From assembly GCA_031763465.1 (NCBI GenBank), contig JARFOE010000013.1, positions 8,577,708 through 8,611,615 on the forward strand: a stretch of DNA of 33,908 nt, given 5' to 3'. The notes beneath the pieces are model-generated. The model saw only the letters and a program-made list of their open reading frames with translations, was not told the DNA's origin and ran no database searches. The translations under genes and the position numbers were made by a program. Shown in pieces: positions 1 to 9,423 of this stretch; positions within the stretch are counted from its first letter, which is position 1; each line of letters opens with the position of its first letter. Source of the stretch: Squatina squatina. Lineage: Eukaryota.

Positions 1-572
1 CAAGAGCTGAACGAATATAAAAGGGGAATAGGAGGTCTTTCCAAGAGTTATAGGTTTTGTCATCATAATTAAAGTTGAGAACAAGAAAAAAAGCTTAATT
101 CTGAATGACAACTATCCAAATATATTAAACAGCATTAAGAGAATGATACACCTCACCAATAGCATTAGAAAAAGAAAATTGATTTCTTGTTGAAGAACAA
201 AGCCCAACACCACTATTATTACTGTTGTCCAAAAATGGCAATTAAATTTGTTGTATTAAATAACTTTATGGTTAGCTTCAACTCTAAGTAGCTGTGTCTT
301 GGACACAACTGACAAAACCATTAACATTCATCGAGCTCTAGTGTCGTAATCCACTAGATCAATGGAACCCAAAATTCTGAAAGCTTTAGTGTGATGCAAG
401 GTGAGGTGGGACCTCTGCATGCCATGATAGTGTGACACTGACACCGCTCAGTAAAATAATTTGNNNNNNNNNNCATACTGAGATTTGTATAAATTCAGCC
501 TGCAATGCCTCAGATATGCCCAGAGTGGAATTTAGCATGCATTTTAAACAGAAAGAAGGACTTGTATTTATA

Positions 573-707
573 TTCTGGTCACCATATTATAAAAAGGAAA
601 GAGAGTCACGGGAGAGGGCGCAGAGAAAATTTACAAGATTGATACCAGAAATGCGAGGGTATACCTATCAGAAAAGGATAAACAGGCTGAAGGTCTCTTT
701 TCTCTTG
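573..707 (+). mobile_element. CR1-type LINE ORF2 C-terminal fragment
   Basis: FWSPYYKKERESRERAQRKFTRLIPEMRGYTYQKRINRL resembles the CR1 motif FWSP..KD...LERVQRRFTRMIP.LR..SYEERL. Confidence 0.85.
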
Positions 708-829
708 NNNNNNNNNNNNNNNNNNNNNNNNNNNNNNNNNNNNNNNNNNNNNNNNNNNNNNNNNNNNNNNNNNNNNNNNTAAGTTCAGAACCCTGAACTT
801 AAAGAAATAGTGCCATAAGATCCACCTGA

Positions 830-1000
830 GAGGTTTAATGTCTCATCCAAAAGATAGCACTTCCGATGGTGCAAAACTCCCTCAGTATTGCACTGGAGTG
901 TCATCTTAGATTTTGTGCTCCAGTCTCTGGAGTGGAACTTGAACCCACAATCATCTGACTCACAGGTGAGAGTGCTAACCACTGAGCCAAGGCTGACACC
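830..1000 (-). mobile_element. tRNA-headed Deu-domain SINE (SacSINE1-like)
   Basis: Minus strand has A-box TGGCTCAGTGG and B-box-like GGTTCAAGTTCC, then Deu-domain-like TGACACTCCAGTGCAATACTGAGGGAG...GGATGAGACATTAAAC. A homologous copy lies at 9940-10113. Confidence 0.8.
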
Positions 1001-1117
1001 TTTGCCAAGCTGAGGAAATAGTTCACTGTGACTACTTAATGTTAACACCACCCAGGAGAGGGTGAGCAAAAATTCCTGTTTGCAGTCTTGAAATGTGAAT
1101 GAAAGTCTTAGAAGTCT

Positions 1118-1330
1118 GTTCTCTGCTGAGTTAGCCGATCTCAGTCAGGGCCTCCAGTTGACTCCAGGGCCCCAGGGTCAAGGAAGGGAAACTGGGGCAG
1201 AGTTCTCGCTGTTGGTGCAGATTTTCCAGGATCCGGCTCCACTGTGGAATACCCCACAGTTGGATGGTCCACCAGTGCACAATGTCAAGGCTCACACGTG
1301 AATAATGATCACTTGGATGAGCCAGCCTTC
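1118..1330 (+). mobile_element. Degenerate SINE body
   Basis: ctgctgagttagccgatctcag is related to ctgttgagctagctaatctt near 11885. Family not identified. Confidence 0.45.
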
Positions 1331-1449
1331 AAGAAGGCAGAGGAGAAGAAACTTTAGAAAAAAAGGTCTTTGTCATTACACCAACAACAACAACTTGCAT
1401 TTACATCGCGCCTTTAACATTGTAAAACTTCTCTGGTGTTAGGAAGGAC

Positions 1450-1579
1450 AGGCTCGGTAGCATAGTGGTTAAGTTGCGGGACTAGTAATCCAGAGGCTTG
1501 GACTATTGATCCAAAAACGTGAGTTCAAATCCCACCACGGCAGCTGTGGAATTTCAAGTCAGTTAGTTAACTAATCTGG
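1450..1579 (+). mobile_element. tRNA-derived SINE 5' head, truncated by gap
   Basis: A-box TAGCATAGTGG and B-box GAGTTCAAATCC, followed by a body typical of shark SINEs. Confidence 0.75.
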
Positions 1580-1756
1580 NNNNNNNNNNNNNNNNNNNNN
1601 NNNNNNNNNNNNNNNNNNNNNNNNNNNNNNNNNNNNNNNNNNNNNNNNNNNNNNNNNNNNNNNNNNNNNNNNNNNNNNNATTTTGAACACAGTTCTTTTG
1701 CCATAAATCTTCATGTTGGGCACAATTCTACACCGCGGTTGCTGTAGATGATTCTG

Positions 1757-2053
1757 CCATCTCCACCCTATCTGGACTCATCTTTTGTTATTTAACTTGT
1801 TCCATTACCATCTCCTTTTGCCTTGCACTATCATCCCTTTTGCCTCTTAAACTCTTCTGCCTTCCATCCTATCACAGATTTTCTCTTTGTTCTTTTCTCC
1901 CCTTCCCCCACCCCTACACTTGCTTTAAAAACCTGTTACATCTCTTAACTTTTTCCAGTTCTGATGAAGGGTCATTGACCTGAAATGTTAACTGTTTCTC
2001 TCTCCAGGTGCTCCCCACCTGACCTGTTGAGTTTTTCCAGCATTTTCTGTTTT
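1757..2053 (+). mobile_element. Penelope-like element terminal (pLTR) fragment containing a hammerhead motif
   Basis: Pyrimidine-rich tract, then CTGATGAAGGGTCATTGACCTGAAATGTTAAC...CCTGACCTGTTGAGTTTTTCCAGCATTTTCTGTTTT. A homologous inverted copy lies at 28220-28488. Confidence 0.75.
1956..1994 (+). ncRNA. Minimal type I hammerhead ribozyme motif
   Basis: Stem I cagtt (1956-60) / aactg (1990-94); core CTGATGA (1961-67); stem II ag(g)gtc-att-gacct; GAAA (1982-85); ATGT stem III; GUU cleavage triplet. Confidence 0.7.
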
Positions 2054-2953
2054 TAACCCCGTTTGTACTGCCCGACTAAAAATTCAAGCCTGCTGCTCAG
2101 GAAAAACCACTGCAAACACTGAGCTCTTCGTGCAGCAAATGACGTGTTTGGGGTGCAAAGTTGGCACAATGATAACAAATTTAGCAGTGGGACGGCCCGC
2201 ACCCGATCAATGCATGCGTTTGGGCCACTGCTAAATTCATCGGGTCCATTTTTTTTTAATAAGAAGTGTTCCGGGCATCCGCCTAAAACAGGCTTGAAGC
2301 CCCTTACATATGGTAATGAGGGGCCTAACACCTGTTCCAGGTCCTTTGTGGGATGAGTGGAGCAGATGCTGGGCCTGTTCGCTCAGGATTCTTCAGCAGC
2401 TGTTGCATCCTAAGTCTGTTTTCAGTAGAGAAAAGAAAATGAAGAGATATGATGCCAGAAAGAACAGAGGGAACTTTCTTCTGCATGTGTCGATGCTACC
2501 AGGGTGTCTGTGAATGGGAGCTGTCCGGAGTGAAGAGTCCAGCATTGACATTCCTCGCTATGGTGAGCAAAAATATTCATCAGAAAATAGAAACTTAAAA
2601 AAGCTTAATTCTATCCTATGATCCTTCCACATAGGTGAGAAAATAACTTGCCCAGTATATCCCAGGAATAAAATGGCCTGCTTAAAATCGATATATCGGT
2701 CATGGCAGGCCTACTTGAGGCCAGCTAAAGCAATGACGTGTGTGCCTTCCAAATTTGGAAGGCACACACATCATTGCTTTAGCTGATCTTCTAGTATCAG
2801 GTGATCTCCTTGGAATGTTTCCGTTCATCTTGCACCAATTAAACTATGAAATACCAAGATTAATTTTCAACTTACTGCTGGAGTATAAAACTGGCGTTTC
2901 AGATTGGGCATCCGTAATGGAAAGCACCCGATTGAAATCAATGGAAAGGAACA

Positions 2954-3042
2954 ACATTTTGGGGGTAATTTTCTGCTACGTGCTGGTGGCAGACAAGGTT
3001 CCCTACCACTAGCACGTCCTCAGGAAATTACTCCCAAAATGT
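2954..3042. repeat. 89-nt inverted repeat / long hairpin
   Basis: 22-bp outer arm (2954-2975 / 3021-3042) and 12-bp inner arm (2978-2989 / 3006-3017). Within these arms all three non-Watson-Crick pairs are G.T on the plus strand. Confidence 0.9.
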
Positions 3043-4488
3043 AATTTAAATGGAATTGCATGTGTTAACAAAGATCTTGTACTCATTTCTGACCTAAAAT
3101 CCCAGCCATGAAATACCATCCATTAAAGGTAATTCATCAGAATTGATCCCTGCCTGATTTCTTAGCCCTTACATGCCCATTCCACACTTACATGAACATT
3201 TTTACTGACCAGAATATCTGTACCATTACATGTGCAGAGTTTTGAGACATTGCTGAGAGACCGGGTAAGGACCTAAATAATAAAAGTNNNNNNNNNNNNN
3301 NNNNNNNNNNNNNNNNNNNNNNNNNNNNNNNNNNNNNNNNNNNNNNNNNNNNNNNNNNNNNNNNNNNNNNNNNNNNNNNNNNNNNNNTATGTAAACAGGA
3401 GACTATGGGCTCAGTATCTCCTAAACTGGTTGATTTCCTGTAAAGTAGTATTCAGAAGTATGAAAATGTGAAATCACACTGTAAATTAACTCATGCCATA
3501 ACACTTGCTAAACAAGTATTCGATTTATTAAGCTAGTGGATCATCTAGGAGAAAAATTTTTCACTTCCGTGATAGTAATCTGCCTGAAAGGCAAACATTC
3601 AAAGCTAGGAAGTTGTATTTAAAAGACATTACAGAAGTCTAAAAATTTAAATCAAACCGAGGTACATTTACTTAGGACAGTTTCATCAACGGTCGTATCA
3701 AACATCTAGCATCTTCTCCGTAGACAAATGCACTTTTCTGAAACCTATGTAATACATAGTACAAGAAAAAAAATGAACATTGCATTCAACTGGTTGCACA
3801 TACATTTTTAAAAATTATATTTCAAAACCAGGAATAATTTGGGTAAAGAATCTTGCATAACTTCTGGTTTGTTTCACATTTGGCAAAATGTTAATTCAAT
3901 TTATTTGCTTTATTTACTACAATAGTTTCCATTATATTGGATTTATTAGTTTGAACTAAAAATTACATGATATCCAAATTGTCTCTGCGGAGCAAAATTA
4001 ACTTAAAAATAAATCCTACAGCACAAAAAAAGTAGGTTGAAGAGCTAAGCATCGCAAAATCTCAGATCAGTGACCAAACTACACTTGTTAATTGTTAGTA
4101 TTAAACAAATCCAAAAAAGGTTATTAATTGGTTTCTCACATTCACTCAATTTCTGTATTCCAACTAAGAGGTTGAGCTTAGAAAGACAGCAGTTACTGAT
4201 AAAAGCTTTAGGAAGGCAGAAAGTGCTTGACAAAGTTATAGCGCTCAAATGTGGTTTGTGAGATAAGAGTATAAGGGCAAATGCAGCAATGAGAACCAAC
4301 ACGGAAAGCCAATCTCGTGTTCGAGTGTTCAAAAGAGGTTGCCTTGAGCAATAAAGTTCCAATAACCATGGTTCCTTGAAGATACTAGNNNNNNNNNNNN
4401 NNNNNNNNNNNNNNNNNNNNNNNNNNNNNNNNNNNNNNNNNNNNNNNNNNNNNNNNNNNNNNNNNNNNNNNNNNNNNNNNNNNNNNNN

Positions 4489-4975
4489 GGGCCGAAAACA
4501 TACTGATCAAGAAAGTTCTGCTGAACACACTTCAGAGATTCTTCCCCCTCTCTGCCCTTCACTATTTTTATTATCCCAGTCTATATTAGTATAGTTGAAG
4601 TCCCCCATTATCACTGCCCTATAGTTCTTGCATCCCTCTGTAAATTTGCTCCTCCATATTTTTCCCACTAATTGGTGTCATATAGAATACACCAAGTAGT
4701 GTAATGGTACTTCTATTATTTCTTAACTCTAGAGGACTCTTGACCCCTCCAGGGTATCCTCTCTCTCCAGCACTGTAACATTCTCCTTAATCAACACTGT
4801 CACACCACCTCCCTATGTCCAGGAATATTTAATACCCAATCCTGCCCTTTTTTGAGCCTGGTCTTAGTTATTGCCACTGCATCATATTCCCACGTCACTA
4901 TTTGTACCTGCAACTCACCAACCTTGTTTACTATGCTTCATGCGTTCACATACATACACTGTAAATCTATCTTAG
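4489..4975 (-). mobile_element. CR1-type LINE ORF2 AP-endonuclease remnant
   Basis: Minus strand encodes YVNA*SIVNKVGELQ, KKGQDWVLNIPG, AVIMGDFNYTNIDWD and LKCVQQNFLDQYV, which are APE motifs, with stops and frameshifts. Confidence 0.9.
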
Positions 4976-6536
4976 ACCATCATATATAAAATTATATTCA
5001 TAAAATGACAACAAATCACAACTGAACAAGGAATCAAAACCAACAATCATCAATTTCAAAAAGCTGCACTGTACCTCTTCATTGGTGAACCTGTAACGTT
5101 TAAAACAACTCTCATTCCACTTAAATAATTTAATCCACTTCCGCTGGAATTTTAAAAATTAAGTTATAGTTCAATTCAATGACCATAGACACAGTGATTT
5201 CCCAATGGATACAGAGAATGTCTTCATTTGCCTGAGCTATAGATTGTCTCCACGGGGAACCGATGCAGAGGCCTATTAATATCTCTGTAGATCAATTGCA
5301 TTGGTTTCTTTCTTTGGAGGGCTTTCATAATTCAGCCCAGTTTCCCACAAAACGATGCTCCACATCAGATCCTACCTGTGAGCAATGGCACAAGGAGAAC
5401 ACTAAATATAAAAATGTTGCTCCTAGCATACATTGTCCCTCGCACTTGGAGTGTCACACCTTTGAATATGCAAATTTCTGTATCATGCTTACATTGAATA
5501 GTAACAAATCACAACTGAAAAGGATACCAGCTGGATGCCGGCAAAGCATGCACATAAACTTCTGATGAGAAACTACTAAGGATAAATGAAAACAATTGGT
5601 CTAGAATGAGTAGTCACCAAAAGCTATCATTATAAAAAGGGAGGCAAACCAATAAAAATATTCAAAATGTTCTGAAATTCTTTTCAGCCATCATCTCTGT
5701 TTCTCCATTACTGGAAATAAGATTTGTTACATAAGAAAATGTTTAATAAGTTCAAAATGTAAAAATTGATTCCATTTACTTGTGCAATAGAATTTTTGGT
5801 GTTCAAAATGCTTCCAAATATATTTTCTGCCATCTGTTTGAGAAGCTTGATTTCATGGAGCTCCCTGCAGCTTCACTTTCAACTGAACAGATTCAACAAA
5901 GTAACAGCGCAAAGCTGCCAGGTTGTATTTGTGCCTAAAGCTCCCAGATTTTTTTAAATGATTGCCGGCACGACAGGCCATTCAAAAAGATTGCCACAAC
6001 TTGCTGTTCATGAGCCTCCCACCTCTTGAAGTTGCTGTTTCTCTCTGGTGCAACAATGTAAAATTACCAGTGGTAACACTCTCCAACTACCCCCCTTCCT
6101 NNNNNNNNNNNNNNNNNNNNNNNNNNNNNNNNNNNNNNNNNNNNNNNNNNNNNNNNNNNNNNNNNNNNNNNNNNNNNNNNNNNNNNNNNNNNNNNNNNNN
6201 TACAGCTAAGTGTACCAGTGTTGATTTTGAAATGTGCAAATTATATACATCAATTTATCTAAATGTACCAGTTTAATTCACAAGGTAAACACCATTACCT
6301 GAATCCTTAAATGTTCTGAAGGTCACAGGCCTGTAGAGGAGAATCAGCAGTACCCTGAATAGTTTCTTGTGCACTACAGATTTCTAATACACACTCAAAT
6401 GCATATATTAGGCAAGTGTGTATAAATTATGGGATTGTGTGTACAAAATATCAGAAATCTAAAGAATTTTAAACACCAGTACTGCACAGCATAGCTGCAG
6501 ACTAAATATCAGTCTCAACAGTTATTTTATACTTGC

Positions 6537-6879
6537 CCTACGTATGGCTTCCTCCTCCTCTTGACGCTTTTCATAATGTGCAAAGTCATCAAAGATTGAA
6601 GTGGTATGCTTGTAAGTAGCAATTATTTTAAGCACTTGCTTGGCTTTTTCCAGGGGCACCTCCTGTGTGTCCCTTGAGTTGGTAACTGGTTTGTTATCAT
6701 TGTTTTCCAATCGAATATGCCGTAGCTGATTATTGGGTACATCTTTCACAAAGATCCACTTCACTTCAAACTTGCCCTTCCACTTATCCTGTGACCACAC
6801 TCCAGCATAAGCATTATAGTCCACTGCTGACTTCATCTCAGCCACTCCACAAAAATGTCCACTTCCATTTACACTGAAG
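6537..6879 (-). CDS. YTHDF3: YTHDF3 large exon, 3' part encoding the C-terminal YTH (m6A reader) domain; 5' part lost in the gap at 6880-6979
   Basis: Translation [114 protein letters not shown] is nearly identical to human YTHDF3. Ends AGG|gcaagt. Exon 3 and the canonical last exon (ERNRNKQ*) were not found. Confidence 0.97.
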
Positions 6880-7715
6880 NNNNNNNNNNNNNNNNNNNNN
6901 NNNNNNNNNNNNNNNNNNNNNNNNNNNNNNNNNNNNNNNNNNNNNNNNNNNNNNNNNNNNNNNNNNNNNNNNNNNNNNNCCTCTCTTCCCCTGTTCCAAT
7001 CTCCAAACCACATCCCAGTCCTCCCACCCCGTCCCCAGTCTCAATCTCACTTTCACACCTCATCAACCCCCTCCCCTCCCCCTCTGTATTTTAGTGGTCT
7101 CTGAGAAAAAGATGTTTTTGAAGCATGCATCAGACCAAATTGCCTCATTTTTAGGATGTCAGTTTGGTAGAAATATGGTGAGGGTGGTGGGAAGAAGATA
7201 TGGGAGACTGGGTTGCATTTTATGTCAGAACACAAATGTGTAGGATTATGAAGTGGTGGGATGCACAGTTAATGCTCTGCTTTGTTCCCGAACTTAAATT
7301 TGTTGATCTCCGGAGGTGCTTAGTTAGAGAAATACAGTGTCATATGCAGGGTGCGCACAACATTACCAACAGCAAGAAACAGATTGTACTCCTTCAACCC
7401 TACTGCCCTGAATCACCACCATCTAAGCTTAAGCTGTTAGTGCCTAGCCTCTCGAAATTATGGAAGAAAACAGAGGAAGTTTTCTTTCAAGTAAGAATAA
7501 TGATTAAAAGTACCAAACTGAATAGTTTTTTTTAACAATTAATCATGCGGATGAATTTGAGAAGCAGTCAAGCGGACTGTGGAATTTATAACCTGTAAAG
7601 TTCAGTAAAAAGCACCAACCCCTTTCCCATCCTTGAAATTGTTGATAAATTAAGGCAGTATGCACTGGAATCTTATCAACTGCCATACATCTCAGGAATA
7701 CCTATTTTCCCATGG

Positions 7716-8075
7716 TCATTTAGCCATGTCATCAAAAATATTTGATTTCTTCTCGGATGTAGTTATTACTGTAAGATTCTCCTCTTCAACCTTTCCCGGG
7801 CACGTAGGAAAATGCCTGTCTGTTGTTTTGCAGCTCCTTAGGACCTGCCACTTCCATATCTACCTGCATCTGGGCAGTTGCCTCATAAGAGTGCCATATC
7901 TAGAGTCCACGGATAGCTGTCCAGCAGACACTTGCAACATTCTAGGATTTTTCATCAACATTGAGAAAGGTTACTTGGAGTGTTTGCAGGCGATGAAATT
8001 TGTCAGAACCCTTTTGCAAACTGCAGTAGAGAGTTTCCTTGCCTCAGATTTATTTTCATCCCTTTCAGACTTTGT
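7716..8075 (-). pseudogene. Possible highly decayed YTH-domain duplicate inside YTHDF3 intron 2
   Basis: One minus-strand frame with two internal stops carries collinear YTH-like blocks ending LTVITTSEKKSNIFDDMAK* versus [20 protein letters not shown]. Alignment was by eye only. Confidence 0.4.
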
Positions 8076-8715
8076 GCCCCTTCTTTTGAGGGGATTTCCT
8101 GATTCCAATAGACATGAACCCCATGTCCCCAGTCTGACTGGGACAGCCACATTGGTGGCCCGCAGTGTGAAGCATTTTATGAGGTTGTTCCAGTAGAACC
8201 TACTAAAATAGTCTCTCAAATTGCCTTTGCAATTGGTTAGGATCAACAGTGTATTCAACCCCTTCCTCATCAGCTGACCTTTGGGAGAGACGTCACTTTC
8301 AGGCTTTGAAACAAATGAAAGCAAAACTCATGTCAAAAAATAAGTTCACAAACTGTAAACAAGTGAAATTAAAGTAGTAAAGCATCATAAATTTCAGACT
8401 GAAATGAATTTGATAAAACCAATGTAAAAAAAAATCAAGGTAACCTAAAACTTCAGTCAAGTAAAGCATGGAAGCTAATTTGTCCCATAGGACAAGTTAG
8501 AAATCATGTCCTGCAATATGAATACTAAGTGTTCTTAACTTTGATAAAAGTGAAGAAAATATTACGAAGTTTTCAAAGTTTGATTTGCTGAGTTTAGAAA
8601 TAAAAATGCGCACGTTAGGAAAAATCTTCAAGTCAAAGCGCTCTCTAGGAAAAGAAAAAAAATCAAAACACTCAGTCTGTATGAAATCAACAGAATGAGT
8701 AACGGACCAACTCAC

Positions 8716-8740
8716 CTTTACTTCCCTGTCCTTTCGGTCT
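8716..8740 (-). CDS. YTHDF3: YTHDF3 coding exon 2 (RPKGQGSK, 25 nt)
   Basis: catcag|AGACCGAAAGGACAGGGAAGTAAAG|gtgagt. Matches human RPKGQGNK with canonical splice sites. Confidence 0.93.
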
Positions 8741-8999
8741 CTGATGTAGTATCGTGTTTAATAGAAAGCAAAAATACAAAAGAAAAGAAAACAAAAAAAA
8801 CACACAAAAAGAAGAAAACACCCGTCAGTACCTTATGGAAATTCTGAATTAAATATCAACAAGTTCTTTTAAAAAAATAATCATAAATAAACCTTGTTAT
8901 AATATTACAGGAAAGGAAATGTCTGAGAATGAGTCGTGGCCTGCGAGGCGGCGGCCCGGACTCGAGCACTCGCTCCCCAGCTGGCAGTCAGCGTATTAC

Positions 9000-9023
9000 C
9001 TGATCCACGCTGGTAGCAGACAT
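9000..9023 (-). CDS. YTHDF3: YTHDF3 coding exon 1 (MSATSVDQ)
   Basis: Minus strand reads ATG TCT GCT ACC AGC GTG GAT CAG|gtaata. MSATSVDQ matches the YTHDF3 N-terminus (YTHDF1 has MSATSVDTQ). A GT donor follows at 8999. Confidence 0.95.
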
Positions 9024-9423
9024 TCTTCATCAAAGATCAGCAGGCAGGGGCTCGGCCTCAGCCTCGGGCTCGGCGGATTCGGTTCAAACCGTGCTCCCAG
9101 CGGATCGTGCAGCGGCTCGAGCCAGTGACTGGCGGGAAATCCCAGGAGGCGGGAAAGCGCGCCGCTGTTTGCGTGTCGGCCGGTCTCCCTTGGCCTCTGT
9201 CTGTCGTCGTGCAGGCGGCAGCGAGTCTATGTGTGTACGTGTCTGTAAATGTACGATGATTATTATCTCTCTCTCACACACACAATGGCGGAGGACTCCA
9301 GCACTCACTTCCGTTCGCAGCCTCTGACCTTCCGGCACCTGACGTCATTGCGTGAAGGACAACCGAAGAAAAGTGGAAGACATGGGCGGAGAGTGAGAGA
9401 GGGAGGCGGGAGAGAGAGGGAGG
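9024..9423 (-). promoter_or_regulatory. YTHDF3: YTHDF3 5'UTR and CpG-rich TATA-less core promoter
   Basis: CpG-dense from about 8930 to 9420. YY1-like AATGGCGG at 9284-9291, ETS cores CACTTCCG at 9306-9313 and CTTCCGG at 9329-9335, and a full CRE TGACGTCA at 9340-9347. This is a typical housekeeping promoter motif set. Confidence 0.85.

Noticed and set aside
5562-5572. CTGATGA-GAAA hammerhead-like boxes
   Set aside because: No stem II between the boxes and no convincing stem I or III.
5779-5882. Further candidate YTHDF3 cassette exon (LKVKLQGAP*)
   Set aside because: Polypyrimidine tract and donor are weaker than for exons A and B, and it is not distinguishable from chance.
7660-8196. 178-aa plus-strand ORF antisense to YTHDF3
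   Set aside because: No recognisable domain. Any signal appears to be on the opposite strand.
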